Source: an uncultured Deferribacteres bacterium
GTDB lineage: Bacteria > Zhuqueibacterota > Zhuqueibacteria > Zhuqueibacterales > Geothermadaptataceae
Reading direction: 5' to 3'
Assembly (NCBI GenBank): GCA_964014485.1
Contig: CAXHAT010000037.1
Coordinates: 1-48,219, forward strand
Length of the DNA stretch: 48,219 nt
The notes beneath the pieces are model-generated. The model did not search any database. It saw nothing but the letters and a program-made list of their open reading frames with translations, and was not told the DNA's origin. The translations under genes were made by a program, and so were the position numbers. Of this stretch, positions 45,922 through 48,219 are shown one piece after another (the stretch's first letter is position 1; each line of letters starts with the position of its first letter).

Positions 45922-45950
45922 TTGACTTTCGAAAAGAACTTGTCTATCAT
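45922..45950 (+). promoter_or_regulatory. Putative sigma70 promoter for the protease gene
   Basis: TTGACT-17 nt-TATCAT. Confidence 0.55.
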
Positions 45951-46288
45951 TGCGGAAACGACCTATTACCCATGCTATCTTTTCCAATTTTCAGGACAGA
46001 ATTTCAATAAACTCATTTTGAGATTTGCGGGATAATGTCGTGTACTTGTCTCGTTTACGGATGTCAGGAAGACAGCCCCGTCTATGCAACTCCTCTGCAT
46101 ACCCCTTCTTCAACGGATGAAGCCCTCAATCTTTTTGTGACCCTGCGGGTCAATTTAATTGATCTGTTTTTCGGACAGGTAACGACGTATTTTGCGTTGC
46201 TTGCATTTTTTGCGGCGCCAAGTATTGCACGGTTGCTCGTTCTTAAAGCCGTTTCTATTACTCACCAAATTCCCAAAGGAGGATGCGT

Positions 46289-48219
46289 ATGAAGTCGTGG
46301 AAGAACTGTTACCGGAAAGTTGGGAGCGCATTGTTGTTCTTGCTCGTTCCCGCTTTTGCTTTCGCTCAAACAGCAAATGTTCCGCAACATCAGCAAACGT
46401 ATGGTTTTATTTCTGACACTCACGACGGTTCAGGCGACGCTCTCGCTGAAACGGCGGTAACAGAAACCCACATTGTTCGTGCAGACGGCGCACCTTGGCT
46501 GCGCGTGCATTTTAACGACGCTAATCTGGGCGCAGGCAGCTATTTAACGATTAGCTCTTTGAAAGACGGCGCGAAGCAAACGCTGGATGCGGAACGGCTG
46601 GCGCAATGGTACAATTCCACGGCGTATTTTAACGGTGATGCTGTAGAAGTTAAATTGCACATCGCTCCGGAAGATCGCGGCGTATATTTTGAAATTAATC
46701 AACTGACGGTCGGCGATTGGGTGGGCGGCAAGGAACTCGTGACGCCGGAAAGCCAGTGCGGGCCCAACGATGATCGCGTGCCTTCAAATCATCCGGCCTC
46801 CGGGCGCATCGTCAACGTCGGCTGCACCGGGTGGATTATTGACAACGGCAATCACATCACCGCAGGCCATTGCCTCAATTCATTTTCTGCGACGACGCTG
46901 CAGTTCAATGTTCCCAATTCACTGCCTGACCGCACTTTGCAGCACCCCGGCCCGGAAGATCAGTATTCCTTGAACAGCGCAACGGATGAATGGGTTGACG
47001 GCGGCGTCGGCAATGATTGGGGCGTGTTTGAAGTTTTCGACAACTCTGAGACCGGGCTTCAACCCATCGAGGCGCAGAACGCGTCATTTACTTTGGTTCA
47101 AGACTTGGGGCCTTCCACGATTCGAATCACCGGTTATGGCGTTGACAACGATGACAACGAATTAACTCAGACCCAGCAAACTCACGCCGGACCGAACGCA
47201 GGCTCTTCCGGCACAACAATGCGGTATCAAACGGATACGACGGGAGGCAACTCCGGAAGCCCGGTTATTGATGACGCCACGGGATTTGCAGTTGGCGTCC
47301 ACTCTCACGGCGGATGCTCAACCGCCGGAACCGGAAATAACAACGGTACCAGCACTTTCAATTCTGCATTTTGGGATGCGACCGGCGTCACAGGCGGCGG
47401 CAATCCCCCCGCCGCGCCGAGCAGCCTGACGGCTTCGGACGTATCCGACAGCGAAATCGATCTTTCCTGGGACGACAATTCCAACAACGAAGACGGTTTT
47501 TCGATTGAAAGCGACGGCGGCGGCGGGAGTTTTTCGGAAATCGCCACGGTCGGCGCGGGCGTGACCAATTACAGCGACACGGGCCTGAACGCCAACACGA
47601 CCTACACCTATCGCGTGCGCGCCTTCAACGGCGACGGCAATTCCGGCTATTCGAATGAAGCCGACGCAACGACGCAAGGCGGTGGCGGCGGCAACACCCC
47701 GCCGACGGCGACCATCACCGCTCCGGCCAACGGCGCGGCGTTTCTGCCGAACGCCACGCTTAATTTCTCCGGCGACGCGACCGACAACGAAGACGGCACG
47801 GTCGACGCTTCCGGATTTGTCTGGACGGTCAACAGAATTTCCGACAACAAAAGCCGGGAAGTGGCCAGCGGGGTGAAATCCGGCAGTGTTTCTCTGCCCG
47901 GAACCGAAGGCGATTACCAGCTTGAACTCCACGTCACCGACAGCGGCGGTCTGGAAGATACGGCCGTCATCGATTTCACCATCGACAGCAACGCCGGCGG
48001 CGGCAATCCTCCCGCAGACCCGAGCAACCTGACCGCGAACGACGTTTCGAGCAGCCAAATCGATCTTGACTGGGACGACAACTCTAGCGATGAAGACGGT
48101 TTCTCGATTGAAAGCCACGACGGCGACGGCAATTTCAGCGAGATCGCTACGGTCGGCGCGGGCGTGACGAGCTACAGCAACACCGGTCTTGCCGCGAGCA
48201 CGACCTACACCTATCGCGT
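46289..48219 (+). CDS. Secreted trypsin-like (S1) serine protease with Fn3 and Ig/PKD-like domains; runs off the window
   Basis: AAGGAGG SD then ATG 46289; signal peptide MKSWKNCYRKVGSALLFLLVPAFAFAQ; CTGW...TAGHC, NDW and GNSGSPV triad motifs; two similar Fn3 repeats (~47400-47680 and ~48000-end). Not in the ORF track because there is no stop in the window. Confidence 0.88.
   Translation, partial: MKSWKNCYRKVGSALLFLLVPAFAFAQTANVPQHQQTYGFISDTHDGSGDALAETAVTETHIVRADGAPWLRVHFNDANLGAGSYLTISSLKDGAKQTLDAERLAQWYNSTAYFNGDAVEVKLHIAPEDRGVYFEINQLTVGDWVGGKELVTPESQCGPNDDRVPSNHPASGRIVNVGCTGWIIDNGNHITAGHCLNSFSATTLQFNVPNSLPDRTLQHPGPEDQYSLNSATDEWVDGGVGNDWGVFEVFDNSETGLQPIEAQNASFTLVQDLGPSTIRITGYGVDNDDNELTQTQQTHAGPNAGSSGTTMRYQTDTTGGNSGSPVIDDATGFAVGVHSHGGCSTAGTGNNNGTSTFNSAFWDATGVTGGGNPPAAPSSLTASDVSDSEIDLSWDDNSNNEDGFSIESDGGGGSFSEIATVGAGVTNYSDTGLNANTTYTYRVRAFNGDGNSGYSNEADATTQGGGGGNTPPTATITAPANGAAFLPNATLNFSGDATDNEDGTVDASGFVWTVNRISDNKSREVASGVKSGSVSLPGTEGDYQLELHVTDSGGLEDTAVIDFTIDSNAGGGNPPADPSNLTANDVSSSQIDLDWDDNSSDEDGFSIESHDGDGNFSEIATVGAGVTSYSNTGLAASTTYTYR

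Noticed and set aside
46035..46416. Short ORFs 46035-46292, 46155-46376 and 46192-46416
   Set aside because: No SD or motifs; they overlap the protease leader or its true frame.

Overview
Bacterial DNA, probably from an FCB-group lineage such as KSB1/Calditrichota (inferred from many NYPNPFNP-type C-terminal sorting domains, a PorV-family gene and a TonB receptor with no SusD). 191-22670 is a + strand, probably alginate-targeting polysaccharide utilisation locus: two PL6 lyases, two uncharacterised beta-helix proteins, a secreted PQQ sugar dehydrogenase, a DUF1080-like protein and a TonB receptor/variant-CTD protein/PorV/FadL-like barrel module. An AT-rich three-gene islet interrupts it. 23.0-27.1 kb holds accessory genes separated by three miniature elements that share 14-bp terminal inverted repeats but have different REP-like interiors; one is a three-layer nest (element > REP > 149-bp MITE). 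Next come a desaturase, a catalytically degenerate LarA homologue and a candidate Csr/Rsm-type sRNA (sigma54-like promoter, five GGA-loop hairpins, terminator). The rest contains a DapA-family deaminase, a DUF1640 pseudogene, a sugar uptake cluster, two PQQ-like propeller proteins, a GT2, menH-menB-menA and a truncated S1 protease-Fn3 gene absent from the ORF track. No rRNA, tRNA, CRISPR array or transposase was seen. All family calls come from reading motifs by eye, not from database searches.
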